Assembly: GCA_051294375.1 (NCBI GenBank)
Contig: JBJCIZ010000239.1
Location: 3,948,402-4,012,401, forward strand
Source: Paraspadella gotoi
Lineage: Eukaryota; Animalia; Chaetognatha
Length of the DNA stretch: 64,000 nucleotides
Direction: 5' to 3'
This document shows, one piece after another, positions 53,951-64,000 of the stretch. The notes beneath the pieces were generated by a model that had not been told where the DNA came from, ran no database searches, and worked only from the letters and a program-made list of their open reading frames with translations. The position numbers and the translations under genes are program-made. Within the stretch, counting starts at the first letter, position 1. Every line of letters begins with the position of its first letter.

Positions 53951-54921
53951 TTTGTTCATCGTTCATCGTCATTCTTTCTTATTCATCGTCATCGTTCATC
54001 GTAATTCTTTCTCGTTCATCGTCGTCGTCTTTGTCATTATTCTTTGTCGTCGTCGTCGTTCATCGTTCATCGTCATTCTTTCTCGTTCATCGTCGTCATT
54101 CATCGTTCATCGTCATTCTTCCTCATTCATCGTCATCGTTCATCGTCATTCTTTCTCGTTCATCGTCGTCGTCTTTGTCATCATTCTTTGTCGTCGTCGT
54201 CGTTTATCGTCATCGTTCTACTTCATCGTCATTTTTTCGATCTTTCCAGCCGCCATTTTCTTCGGACGCCATCTACAGACTCACAAAAGAAGCACTGAAC
54301 TTTTTTTCTTCTTCTCATTCCTTCGTTCGTAGAAATTCTTTTCTCATCATATTTTTTCCCTTCTTNNNNNNNNNNNNNNNNNNNNNNNNNNNNNNNNNNN
54401 NNNNNNNNNNNNNNNNNNNNNNNNNNNNNNNNNNNNNNNNNNNNNNNNNNNNNNNNNNNNNNNNNNNNNNNNNNNNNNNNNNNNNNNNNNNNNNNNNNNN
54501 NNNNNNNNNNNNNNNNNNNNNNNNNNNNNNNNNNNNNNNNNNNNNNNNNNNNNNNNNNNNNNNNNNNNNNNNNNNNNNNNNNNNNNNNNNNNNNNNNNNN
54601 NNNNNNNTCCCTCCTCTCCCTCTGTCTCTTCCTCTTTCCCTCTCCCCTTCCCCCAAACTTCATACGGTTATGACGATATTACGTTGATCGTTGACAATTT
54701 TTTTCCCTTTTTTTCTCTCAATAAAATCCTTTTTTTTTCTCCCGCGACGAGTGCCCTTCACCGATCGATGGAAGGACTATATTTACGACTCTGTCTCTGT
54801 CTCTTTCTCTCTATGTCTCTCTCTCTCTCTCTCTGTCTCTATCTCTCTCTATGTGAGTCTCTATCTCTCTGAAACCGGCGCGTGCTTTCTTCACTTAAGC
54901 ATTTAAAGAGATAGCGTTTAT

Positions 54922-54981
<60 letters not shown>

Positions 54982-55399
54982 GGAAACTGGGGCTTCGCGC
55001 CAAGTCATTCATTTTTTTCTCACATCCACCGAAGATGAAGAGATACGATTCTGGACGAAAAGGGAAAGAAAAGTTGAAAAGGAAATAGAGAAAAAGAAAT
55101 GAAAAAAATGGAAAAAGAAAAGATGAAAAGAAAAAAAAAGAAGAAAAAGAAGAAAAAATAAGGAAAAATGGAAAAAGAAAAGATGAAAAGAAAAGAAAGA
55201 AGAGAAGAAAAATGGAAAAATGGGAAAAAAAGTTGAAAATAATAGAAAAAGAAAAGATGAAAAGAAAAGAAAGAAGAGAAGAAAAAAAAGAAAAAAATGG
55301 AAAAATGGAAAAATAAAAGTTGAAAGGATTAAATGGTAAATGAGAAATAAAATGAAAAATGGTAAAAAATGGTAAAAAATGGAAATAGGAAAGTTGAAA

Positions 55400-55470
55400 A
55401 TGGTGCCAAGCCCAGGACCCGTTCCAATGCCTCTGAGAGGGCACAAAAGCCCACTTATCACCTTATCCAC
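55400..55470 (+). mobile_element. 3' fragment of the SINE
   Basis: CCAAGCCCAGGACCCGTTCC...GCCCACTTATCACCTTATCC matches 11365-11452. Confidence 0.5.
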
Positions 55471-57361
55471 AAGTCTATCACACTTTCATTAGAAATGCGT
55501 TTAATTTCATCGATTTAGTTCATATTTGGTATGAAAGTAAGGTAACATAAGCTCTTCACGTGTGCATATATCATACTTGTGAAGTCACGTGATCACCTGA
55601 AAAACGGATCAAATTAACCAAATATTTAATGGGGCTTCAATTTGGTTGCTCTTTTGTTATTTTCGACCTCGAAACGTAGTGACTGATAGCGCAACCTTTT
55701 ATTTTCAAAGAAAACGTATAAATAACAAAAGGTGCAGTGCCGAACACATAAGGCGCAGTATTGGAATTACCGTTTTCATCGGCATCTTCACTATCTTACG
55801 TGGACAATCAGCTCCTTTTTGCTCCTCCGAACTAAATACAATTTAGTGTTATTCCCCCGAGGCAATACTCTACTCCTTTCATTTAATTTAAACTTTATAC
55901 TACTACATTGATAGGGATGTTAGGTACTCTTAGAGTGAATAAACAAAACAGTTATAGAGCCTTGACTAAAAGCTTTCAGAGGGTGACGATCCTTATCTTG
56001 TACAGCCAGGGGCGAGATATTTTATTTCAAGAATCAATGAATAATTTTGTTATGTACAAATGTGATGTAATATTCCATGCATCTCGCTTCAGTCTTCTAT
56101 TTAACTTCGATATTCGGGAGCAATTAGTCAAAATGTCGAAGGAATGCAATTTTTAATTATTATATCATTTATCATCATTAATTAATTTAATCCGTTTGAC
56201 GATTGAATCCAAATGAGAGAAACCGTGATTTTATTTCGGCGGNNNNNNNNNNNNNNNNNNNNNNNNNNNNNNNNNNNNNNNNNNNNNNNNNNNNNNNNNN
56301 NNNNNNNNNNNNNNNNNNNNNNNNNNNNNNNNNNNNNNNNNNNNNNNNNNNNNNNNNNNNNNNNNNNNNNNNNNNNNNNNNNNNNNNNNNNNNNNNNNNN
56401 NNNNNNNNNNNNNNNNNNNNNNNNNNNNNNNNNNNNNNNNNNNNNNNNNNNNNNNNNNNNNNNNNNNNNNNNNNNNNNNNNNNNNNNNNNNNNNNNNNNN
56501 NNNNNNNNNNNNNNNNNNNNNNNNNNAGAGAAAGAAAAAAAAGCTAGCGAGAGAATGTTATTTTTTCCACAAAGTTTCACCAAAAAGTGAATTTCACGCA
56601 AAATATCGTCGCCGTCGTCGTCATCTTCGTCGTCGTCACTGTCGTCGTCGTCATTGTCGTCGTAATCGCTCTATCTTTTTTCACGGTCTCTCGATTTCAA
56701 ACTTTCGCCCTTTTTTTTTTCCTCCCCAGTTTCCCATTTTGTCCGCGAGAGACCGCCACCGTCGCCCTTCGCCGCCCTCAACCTCGAACTCGAAATGTAA
56801 ACAAAAGATTTTTTTTTCTTTTTTCACTTTTTTTGCCTCTGAAATATCGTTATCGAACAGGAAAGACAAAAAGCTATTTTTAACTAAAAATAAAGAGTAG
56901 ACGAAAGCTTGGAAGGATTTATGTTCATGAATGTAATTTAACTTTGGGCTTTTCTTTTTGAAAAAGCCGTTTCTTTTCTGTTTTTTAGTCCATAAAATTG
57001 ATTTTAAACGCAATATTTTATCTCCAGACTTTAAACAAACAAATAAGCCCTAACCCGATTCTTACCCATGACAAAATACTTAACTTAAACTCTAATACAG
57101 TAACAATAATTACTAATCTAATCGTTAACCCTAATCCATAACGTCATCCCTAACCTAATCATTAACCCTGACCCTAAACCTAAATCTTAATTGCTAACCC
57201 TTATCTTTAACCTAACTATTAACTATTAAATAACTATAACTATTATAATATGCAAGCAGAAAAAATAGTTTTGGTTATTTAACAAACTTCGCATTCAAAT
57301 AAAAAAAATACAAGACACCCACCGGATTTATATTTTTTGCCCAAGGTCGCAACCCGCGCTA

Positions 57362-57409
<48 letters not shown>

Positions 57410-57662
57410 TCTCTCTCTCTGTATTTTTTGCAGCCTCTGTGGTTGCATAAAATGCGCGCAAAGAAGATGAACACTGAAGAAAAGTCTGGACAATAAGGCG
57501 AGGGAATTTGCTCAGGNNNNNNNNNNNNNNNNNNNNNNNNNNNNNNNNNNNNNNNNNNNNNNNNNNNNNNNNNNNNNNNNNNNNNNNNNNNNNNNNNNNN
57601 NNNNNNNNNNNNNNNNNNNNNNNNNNNNNNNNNNNNNNNNNNNNNNNNNNNNNNNNNNNNNN

Positions 57663-57695
<33 letters not shown>

Positions 57696-58292
57696 AAACT
57701 TCCCTCCCTCTCGTTTCCAACTCTCATTCACAACCCTTGTCCCCTTAATCTCATTTGCATATTGTAGTCCACAAAGCTGACGTTGATCCAAAAGCATTGA
57801 TAAATTTCTTCATCCTTCAAAAAAAAATAGTTTTGATGACGCCAGTGTCCACCACAAAACAGACTAGATTTACACTAAATTACATTACAATAGATTTCAT
57901 ATCAGTCAGTATTTTAATACTCTTTCGGAGTGAAATAAAGCATTCCCCGATCTAATACTAAAAAGGAGCGGCGGTTTTATACATTTGAAACATTCTTTAA
58001 AAATATTGTACTAGTTTATTTATTTTGATTTTAATCAGGGACTGTGAGAGAGTGCAACGAGAAAAAAATNNNNNNNNNNNNNNNNNNNNNNNNNNNNNNN
58101 NNNNNNNNNNNNNNNNNNNNNNNNNNNNNNNNNNNNNNNNNNNNNNNNNNNNNNNNNNNNNNNNNNNNNNNNNNNNNNNNNNNNNNNNNNNNNNNNNNNN
58201 NNNNNNNNNNNNNNNNNNNNNNNNNNNNNNCCGCCTTTTTCTTTAAAGAGGGGAGGAACGGGTGGAGAAGAAGGAGGAAGAGAAGAAGCAGT

Positions 58293-58642
58293 GGCTCTCT
58301 TTTCCGAGAGTGCCTACTTTCTGTTTGTATTTTTTTCTAAAATTTAATTTTGACATTATTATTTAACCTAAATATATTTTTAACCTCATAAACTAATCCT
58401 TAACCCTTAACCCTAATCCTAAGCTAATCATACACCCTAATATTTTATTTTCTAACCATAAACGCTAATCCTTAACCTAAATCCCTAAGCCTAATCACAA
58501 ACCAAATCCCTAACCTTAATCAAAAACCTTAATCCCTAACTCAATCCTCAACCCTAACCTAAAACCTAACCTTTAACTAAAAAAAAAAAGAAACCAAATT
58601 CCGAATTTAAGATAAAACGGGGCGTTCTAGGAAAATAAGGCC
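58293..58642. mobile_element. MITE-like element with ~22-bp imperfect TIRs and a degenerate (TAACCC)n-like core
   Basis: Left GGCTCTCTTTTCCGAGAGTGCC, right GGGGCGTTCTAGGAAAATAAGGCC; interior made of TAACCC/TAATCC/TAACCT hexamers. Confidence 0.6.
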
Positions 58643-59629
58643 GTAGCGGAATTATGCATTACGCATTTTCTATTCTCTCTCTTTATTTTTGTGCTTGTCT
58701 CCTTTTTAATCGTGCAATTTATCCAACCCCTTCCTCACTAATCCTTTGTTCGCCTTTTTCTTCCAAAACCCCAAGGATTAAATGAGAGATACGGTATCAA
58801 GGGTAATACTCACTCAATCCTCATACCTTAAGCTAAAATCTATAACCTTCTAACTAAAAAAAAAAAGAACCACGCAAATTGCGAATCTTAAGATAACCGG
58901 GGCGTCTAGAAAATCACAGGCCGTAGCGGAATTATGCATTACGCACTTCTCTCTATCTCCCTCCTCTCTTTATTTTTGTTGCTTGTCTCCTCTTTTCAAT
59001 CCGTTGCATGCAATCTGTTATCCAACCCCTTCTCACTAAATTCCCTTTCGTTCGCCTTTTTTCTTCCCCCTTCCCTCTCCCGTCTCCCTCCTCGTTTCTT
59101 CTCACTTCCCCCTTCTTTTCCCTCACCCCTACATTCCCCCCCTCGTCTCGTCAATTTCTCTGCACGGCCGGAATTTTTAATGTTCTTTTCTCTTTATCCC
59201 TCGCCTCCTCCTCCTCTCCCCTCCCCTCCTCGCTCCTCCTTCTCCTTTTTCAATGTTGTCTCCATCTCCCACCGAGTCTCTCTCTCTCTCCTCCCTCTCT
59301 CTCTCTCCTCCCTCTTCTCCCTCCTCCCCTGCTCTCTCCCTCCTCACCCTTCTCTCCCTTCTCTCTCTCTCTCCTCTCCTCTCCTCCAAAACTCACGTCC
59401 CTCGCATCCTCAAGTTCTTCCTCTCGAGTCTTTCTACAAAAATCTTCACCCCCCGAGAAGCTAAGCAGCACTCTGGACTGCGTCACGCCACCGAGCTTCT
59501 CTCCTTTTGCGCTCTCTCGACACCCCTCCGGCTCACCCAAACCTCCTTTCGTTCGTGGGTGATTCGTTCGTTGTTTCGTTCGTTAAAAGCNNNNNNNNNN
59601 NNNNNNNNNNNNNNNCGTTCAAACAACTA

Positions 59630-59820
59630 TTTATTCATTCATCCATGCATTCATTTATTCATTCATTCATTTACTCATTGATTAATTCATTGATTCATTC
59701 ATTCATTCATTCATTCATTCATTCATTCATTGATTCATTCATTCATTCATCATTGATTCATTCATTCATTCATTCATTGATTCATTCATTCATTCATTCA
59801 TTGATTCATTCATCCATTCA
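59630..59820 (+). repeat. (TTCA)n microsatellite
   Basis: Read directly. Confidence 0.95.
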
Positions 59821-59954
59821 TTTCTTCTTTCCTTGTTCATCTTTCATCATTCATCTCTCGTTCATTTTTTCATTATCTACTCAGATCCACTAAATATTCG
59901 AGATTAAATCTCTATCACTTATTTATAACCTTAATCCCTAACACTAAGCCTTAT

Positions 59955-60135
59955 AATTAATCTCTAACCCTAATGATTAATCTCTAACCCTAATGATTAA
60001 CCTATAACCCTAATAATTAATCTCTAACCCTAATAATTAATCTTTAACCCTAATGATTAATCTCTAACCCTAATAATTAATCTCTAAGCCAAATGATTAA
60101 TCGCTAACCCTAATGAATAAACTCTAACCCTAATC
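59955..60135 (+). repeat. 21-bp minisatellite (TAATCTCTAACCCTAAT[G/A]AT), about 8 units, within a MITE-like core
   Basis: Tandem units read directly; the MITE terminus GGGGCGCTTTGTGAAAATAGTGCC follows at ~60218-60241. Confidence 0.8.
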
Positions 60136-60423
60136 TTTAACCAACTCGATTCTTACACTAACTTTTAACTTAACCTTTAAACCTAGAACTAACTTCATTC
60201 TGAATTAACCTCGAAATGGGGCGCTTTGTGAAAATAGTGCCCACTTGACGGCAACGTCTAAAATCTGCAATCAGTGTCGATCAATGTTTTCGGCGTAATG
60301 GGGACGGAATAGTTTGCGAGTACAGGGTGAGTGTATTTTAAAAATTAATATTTTTTCTATAGGAAATTATGTTGGGGATGTGAAAAGCCTTCCTGAGAGA
60401 GAGAGAGAGAAAGAAGCAGAGAG

Positions 60424-60479
<56 letters not shown>

Positions 60480-60743
60480 AGAAACAAGGTAAATCAAAAG
60501 GAAAGATAATGAAAGAAAAGAAGAAAAGAGAAAGAAAAGAAAGAAGAAGAAGAAGAAGAAGAAGAAGAAGAAGAAGAAGAAGAAGAAGAAGAGAAGGAAG
60601 AGAAAGAATGATAAATACTTCTATTTTTCTTGTTTGGCAAAAGAAAGATAAGGAAGAAAAAAAAAAGAAAAAAAATCGTGTCTTGGGAAAGACGAAAGAC
60701 GAGATTGTAAATGTGATGAGAGAGAGAGAGAGAGAGAGAGAAG

Positions 60744-60779
<36 letters not shown>

Positions 60780-60938
60780 AGTGAGAGAGAGAGAGAGAGA
60801 GCGCTTATCGGGCGGGGCAAAGTAGGCCGAACGAAAGATATGAGTTGTGAGGAAATAGAGACTCTTACGTGATGGCAGCCCGACACTTTTTTCTCTCCTT
60901 AAAAAAGTGAGAAAGAGTGGGAGATAGGAGAGAGAGAG

Positions 60939-60995
<57 letters not shown>

Positions 60996-61091
60996 AGAAT
61001 GTCGGTCTGAACATTCCTTCTTTTTTCAAAATCTGTGCCGTACTCTCTTTTGAAACGGAGGTTAAGAGCATTTGTAAGAATCTCTCTCGCT

Positions 61092-61146
<55 letters not shown>

Positions 61147-62110
61147 CCTCTCTCTCTACTTCTTTCTTTTCGTTTTATACTGAGAATAGTGTATGTTTAT
61201 GTGCTTCTTTCTCTTCCTGAAAGAGAAAGAGAGAGAGAGACAGAAAAAAGAGGAGAGTGTTTTGTGAACATTTCGCTGTGCGAAAAATTTTACAAGTTTT
61301 ATATTTTTGTCACGATATTGCCACGTTTTGCTACGTTTGTGTCACCGAAGATAACCATTTTTTGATGGCGACGACGCTTCGAACGCCTTTACCAAGCAAG
61401 ACGTGGAGAGAGATAAAACACAGAGAAAGGTATGATGTTTCGTATAACATGCTTTGTTGTAAATAAATAGACTATCAATAATACAAATTATAAATATATG
61501 AAGAATCAAAGATAAATAATGATATTAAAGATAAAAAAATAATTAACGAAATAAAAACCTAAGGCGGAAAAAAAAAGATTGAATTTTTATTCTTCGATTC
61601 CAAAGTCGACGGATGACGATGACGACGACGACGACGAAAACGTCGACGAAGACCGAGGAAGAGTAAGACGAACAACAACAACGACAACAATCAGGAAGAC
61701 ATCGACGAGCGACGACGACGACGACACGACGACGAAAGACGACGACGACGACACGACAACGACGACGACGAGTCTTGACATTTTAATTTGTTATTCAATG
61801 AATTGCAGATAAAAGAATTCTCCTCTCTCTGCTCTCTCTGTCTCTCTCTCCTGTCTGTCTCTCTCTCTCCTCTCTCTCCTCTCTCTCCTCTCCCTCCTCC
61901 CTCTTCTCTCTCTCCTGTCTCTCTCTCTCTCTCGTCTTCTCTCTCTTTCTTTCTTTTTTTTTTTTCTCTTCTCACTCTCCCTCTTCCTCTCTCTCTGTGT
62001 CTCTCTCTCTGTTCTCTCTCTATACGCTCTATTTAGCCTGGAGGTTGTCTGGAAATTTTCTTGTTCAGGCGGCGACATCAAAAGACAAAAGTGTAATTGT
62101 ATTCACTTTT

Positions 62111-62146
<36 letters not shown>

Positions 62147-62872
62147 AGAGAGAGAGAGAGAGACGAGCAGAGAGAGGAGAGGAGAGAATAATGGAGGTTA
62201 ACGAAACGGGAACCTGTCTAGTGTTTTCTCTGTTCTGTTTTGTCTCTTTTTTCTTTCCTCGTTCGGTGACAGAGTTCATTTTAATTCGAAGCGATTCTAT
62301 TTTTTTTTTGTAAGGTTGTTTCTTCTGTTGAATAACAATAACAACGACGATAACATATCAACAACAAAAAAGACAATATCTTAAATTAGAAAGTTGTGTC
62401 TTTGATATCTTTCTGTCTTTCTTTCATTCCTTCTTTCCTTCCCTCTCTTTTATTTCTTTCATTTCTTCTTTCTTTCTTTCCTTCCTTTATATATCCTCCT
62501 TTACTTTCTCATTCTCTATTTTTCTCTGTTTTATACATGTGTCTTCTCTCACTTATCGTCCTCCCACTTCACCCATCCTCCATTTACGTTGCGGATAAGT
62601 TCCTCACTCTCATTTGCATATTGTAGTAATCAAAATATTTCCCATATCTCCTTATTTCCTTCTCCCAAAAGTTTTTTTTTATGTTATCCAGGGATCACTT
62701 ATAACAACCATTTAGCCCAATATAGTAAAACCAGTAAACTTTCAATTTTTTCATAATAAGCTTAAAAAATGATTAAGTTGTTTAAAAACAATATTCAGAA
62801 GCGACTCTCCCTTTTCTCACTATCAACAACCCTCTATTCGCCCTTCAATCGACGCCACCCATTCGAACTTAC

Positions 62873-62962
62873 CCTCAAGTATCTCATCCCGTCGAACGCC
62901 TCCTTGGGGACTCTTGGGATTTCGTTGAAGGATAGATCGAGTTCGTCGAGGTGAAGAAGACC
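62873..62962 (-). CDS. LRR exon (GLLHLDELDLSFNEIPRVPKEAFDGMRYLR)
   Basis: 90 nt, CAG acceptor, GTAAGT donor, LxxLxLSxNxIxxVP motif; phase 0 matches exon 20754-20888. This frame is not in the ORF track. Confidence 0.85.
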
Positions 62963-63380
62963 CTGCGGAGGAAGTATTGTTTGGGGAGGTGTCGTGTTTA
63001 GATTTCAGGTCTGTTTTCATTCAAAGTTTTTTTTAATGAAGTTACTGAAATAAATGTTCTCATGCAGGGGCAAGATATAGTATGAATGAATGGATGATCT
63101 TTATATAATAACAGTCAGCTCCTTTCAGTATAGTATTCCCCGATATAATACTTATAGCTATTCTTTTTACATTTCTTGAACTATATGCAACTTCATTGAC
63201 AGGGAAGCCAGGTTACTATAAGACTGTAATAGAGTCTTGTTTGAAACCTTAAGGGGTCCTGTTAAGTCATATCTCGTAAGAATGATGAAGGACTGTCCAA
63301 AGTCAGAGGTAAGTTAGCTAATTTATTATAATTTTATATTGCTTTAACCATTTCAATATTAAATGTCGTTTTTTTTTTAC

Positions 63381-63453
63381 CTTTAAAGGCGCCGATGAGA
63401 CGTTTCGTATTTTGTTGTGGGAGAGATACAGATTTTGTAAGAGGGGGAGAGAC
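63381..63453 (-). CDS. LRR exon (xSLPLLQNLYLSHNKIRNVSSAPLK)
   Basis: Polypyrimidine tract plus CAG acceptor at 63456-63454; GTAAAA donor at 63380; phase-0 join to the next exon keeps the 24-aa LRR spacing. Confidence 0.7.
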
Positions 63454-63499
63454 CTGTGGATGGGAGCGGAGAGAGAGAGAGAAGAGAGAGAGAGAGAGG

Positions 63500-63568
<69 letters not shown>

Positions 63569-63599
63569 CAGAGAGAGAGAGAGAGAGGGGAGGAGAAGG

Positions 63600-63677
63600 G
63601 GCGGAGGAAACAGAAAGAATGTATAGGGTCATTGCCGTAGAGGACAACGACGCTGCGGACGACGACGACGACAATAT

Positions 63678-63680
<3 letters not shown>
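63600..63680 (-). CDS. Possible first-LRR exon of the same gene (VRSVVVLYGND-LYILSVSS, needs a 1-nt deletion)
   Basis: LxGN-like motif at the position expected for the first Kekkon LRR; no clean splice sites; noisy sequence. Confidence 0.25.
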
Positions 63681-63713
<33 letters not shown>

Positions 63714-64000
63714 GTCTCCTCTCTCTCTCTCGTCTCATCTCCCTCTCTCTCTCTCTCTCTCTCTCCGTCTTCTATCTTTCTCTTTCCTCCTCTTTTCCTC
63801 GATCCCCAGCAGATCTTGGCGGGGATGACTCCAGAGCCGACAAGTCTCTGAGGCTCGAAGTCTCTCTGGGCCGACGTCCGGGGTTTTGATCGTCTCTTTT
63901 CCGTCCTGGGGCCGAAACAGCTCGGGGTTTTGATACGGTCTCTTTTCCGCAGCGGACTTTGTCCTTTCGAAATTAGCTTATGGATTTCGAGGCAAATAGT

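Larger units (their letters stand above)
10085..63453 (-). other. Multi-exon gene for a Kekkon/LIG-family LRR-Ig single-pass membrane protein (5' end and exact stop not resolved)
   Basis: Manually spliced exons give LQNLYLSHNKIRNVSSAPLKGLLH / LDELDLSFNEIPRVPKEAFDGMRY / LRVLKLSGNPIRSVKDDAFNQTPR / LVHLDLSECGISFVGPTIFAGLKD / LQKLLLHGNLLQTL... (24-aa LRRs), then NPWNCDC...FACAP (LRRCT), an Ig domain (LTC...WYKD...SSLTL...GVFVCRAENVAG), a TM helix and a tail. The architecture matches Drosophila Kekkon-type LIG proteins. Confidence 0.88.

Noticed and set aside
58380-58580. Telomere or chromosome-fusion relic
   Set aside because: The hexamers are highly degenerate and enclosed by MITE-like termini found at many sites in the window.

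Overview
Eukaryotic, microsatellite-saturated invertebrate genomic DNA; a mollusc such as a coleoid cephalopod is only a weak guess. The draft scaffold has many N gaps and long-read gap-fill artefacts. One host gene can be reconstructed with confidence: a minus-strand Kekkon/LIG-type receptor (LRRs, LRRCT, one Ig domain, transmembrane helix, cytoplasmic tail). Eight exons are visible between ~63.45 kb and ~10.1 kb, with phase-compatible GT-AG junctions and a ~42 kb intron. That intron holds a frameshift-riddled DIRS-type tyrosine-recombinase retrotransposon (RT-RNaseH-MT-YR, 31.6-35.05 kb). The window also has tRNA-derived SINEs, Helentron/HINE-like hairpin elements and a MITE family with a telomere-like core. 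At the left end are two divergent, intronless, GC/CpG-rich coding-like blocks (1-1668 minus; 2767-4716 plus) that I cannot identify. They may be endogenous DNA-virus or Polinton-like fragments, and the first has weak D5/SF3-helicase-like hints. An extended octamer 15-mer (CTCATTTGCATATTG) recurs in one orientation in unrelated intronic contexts. Most large duplications, and probably many frameshifts, look like assembly artefacts. No system could be proven novel from sequence alone.
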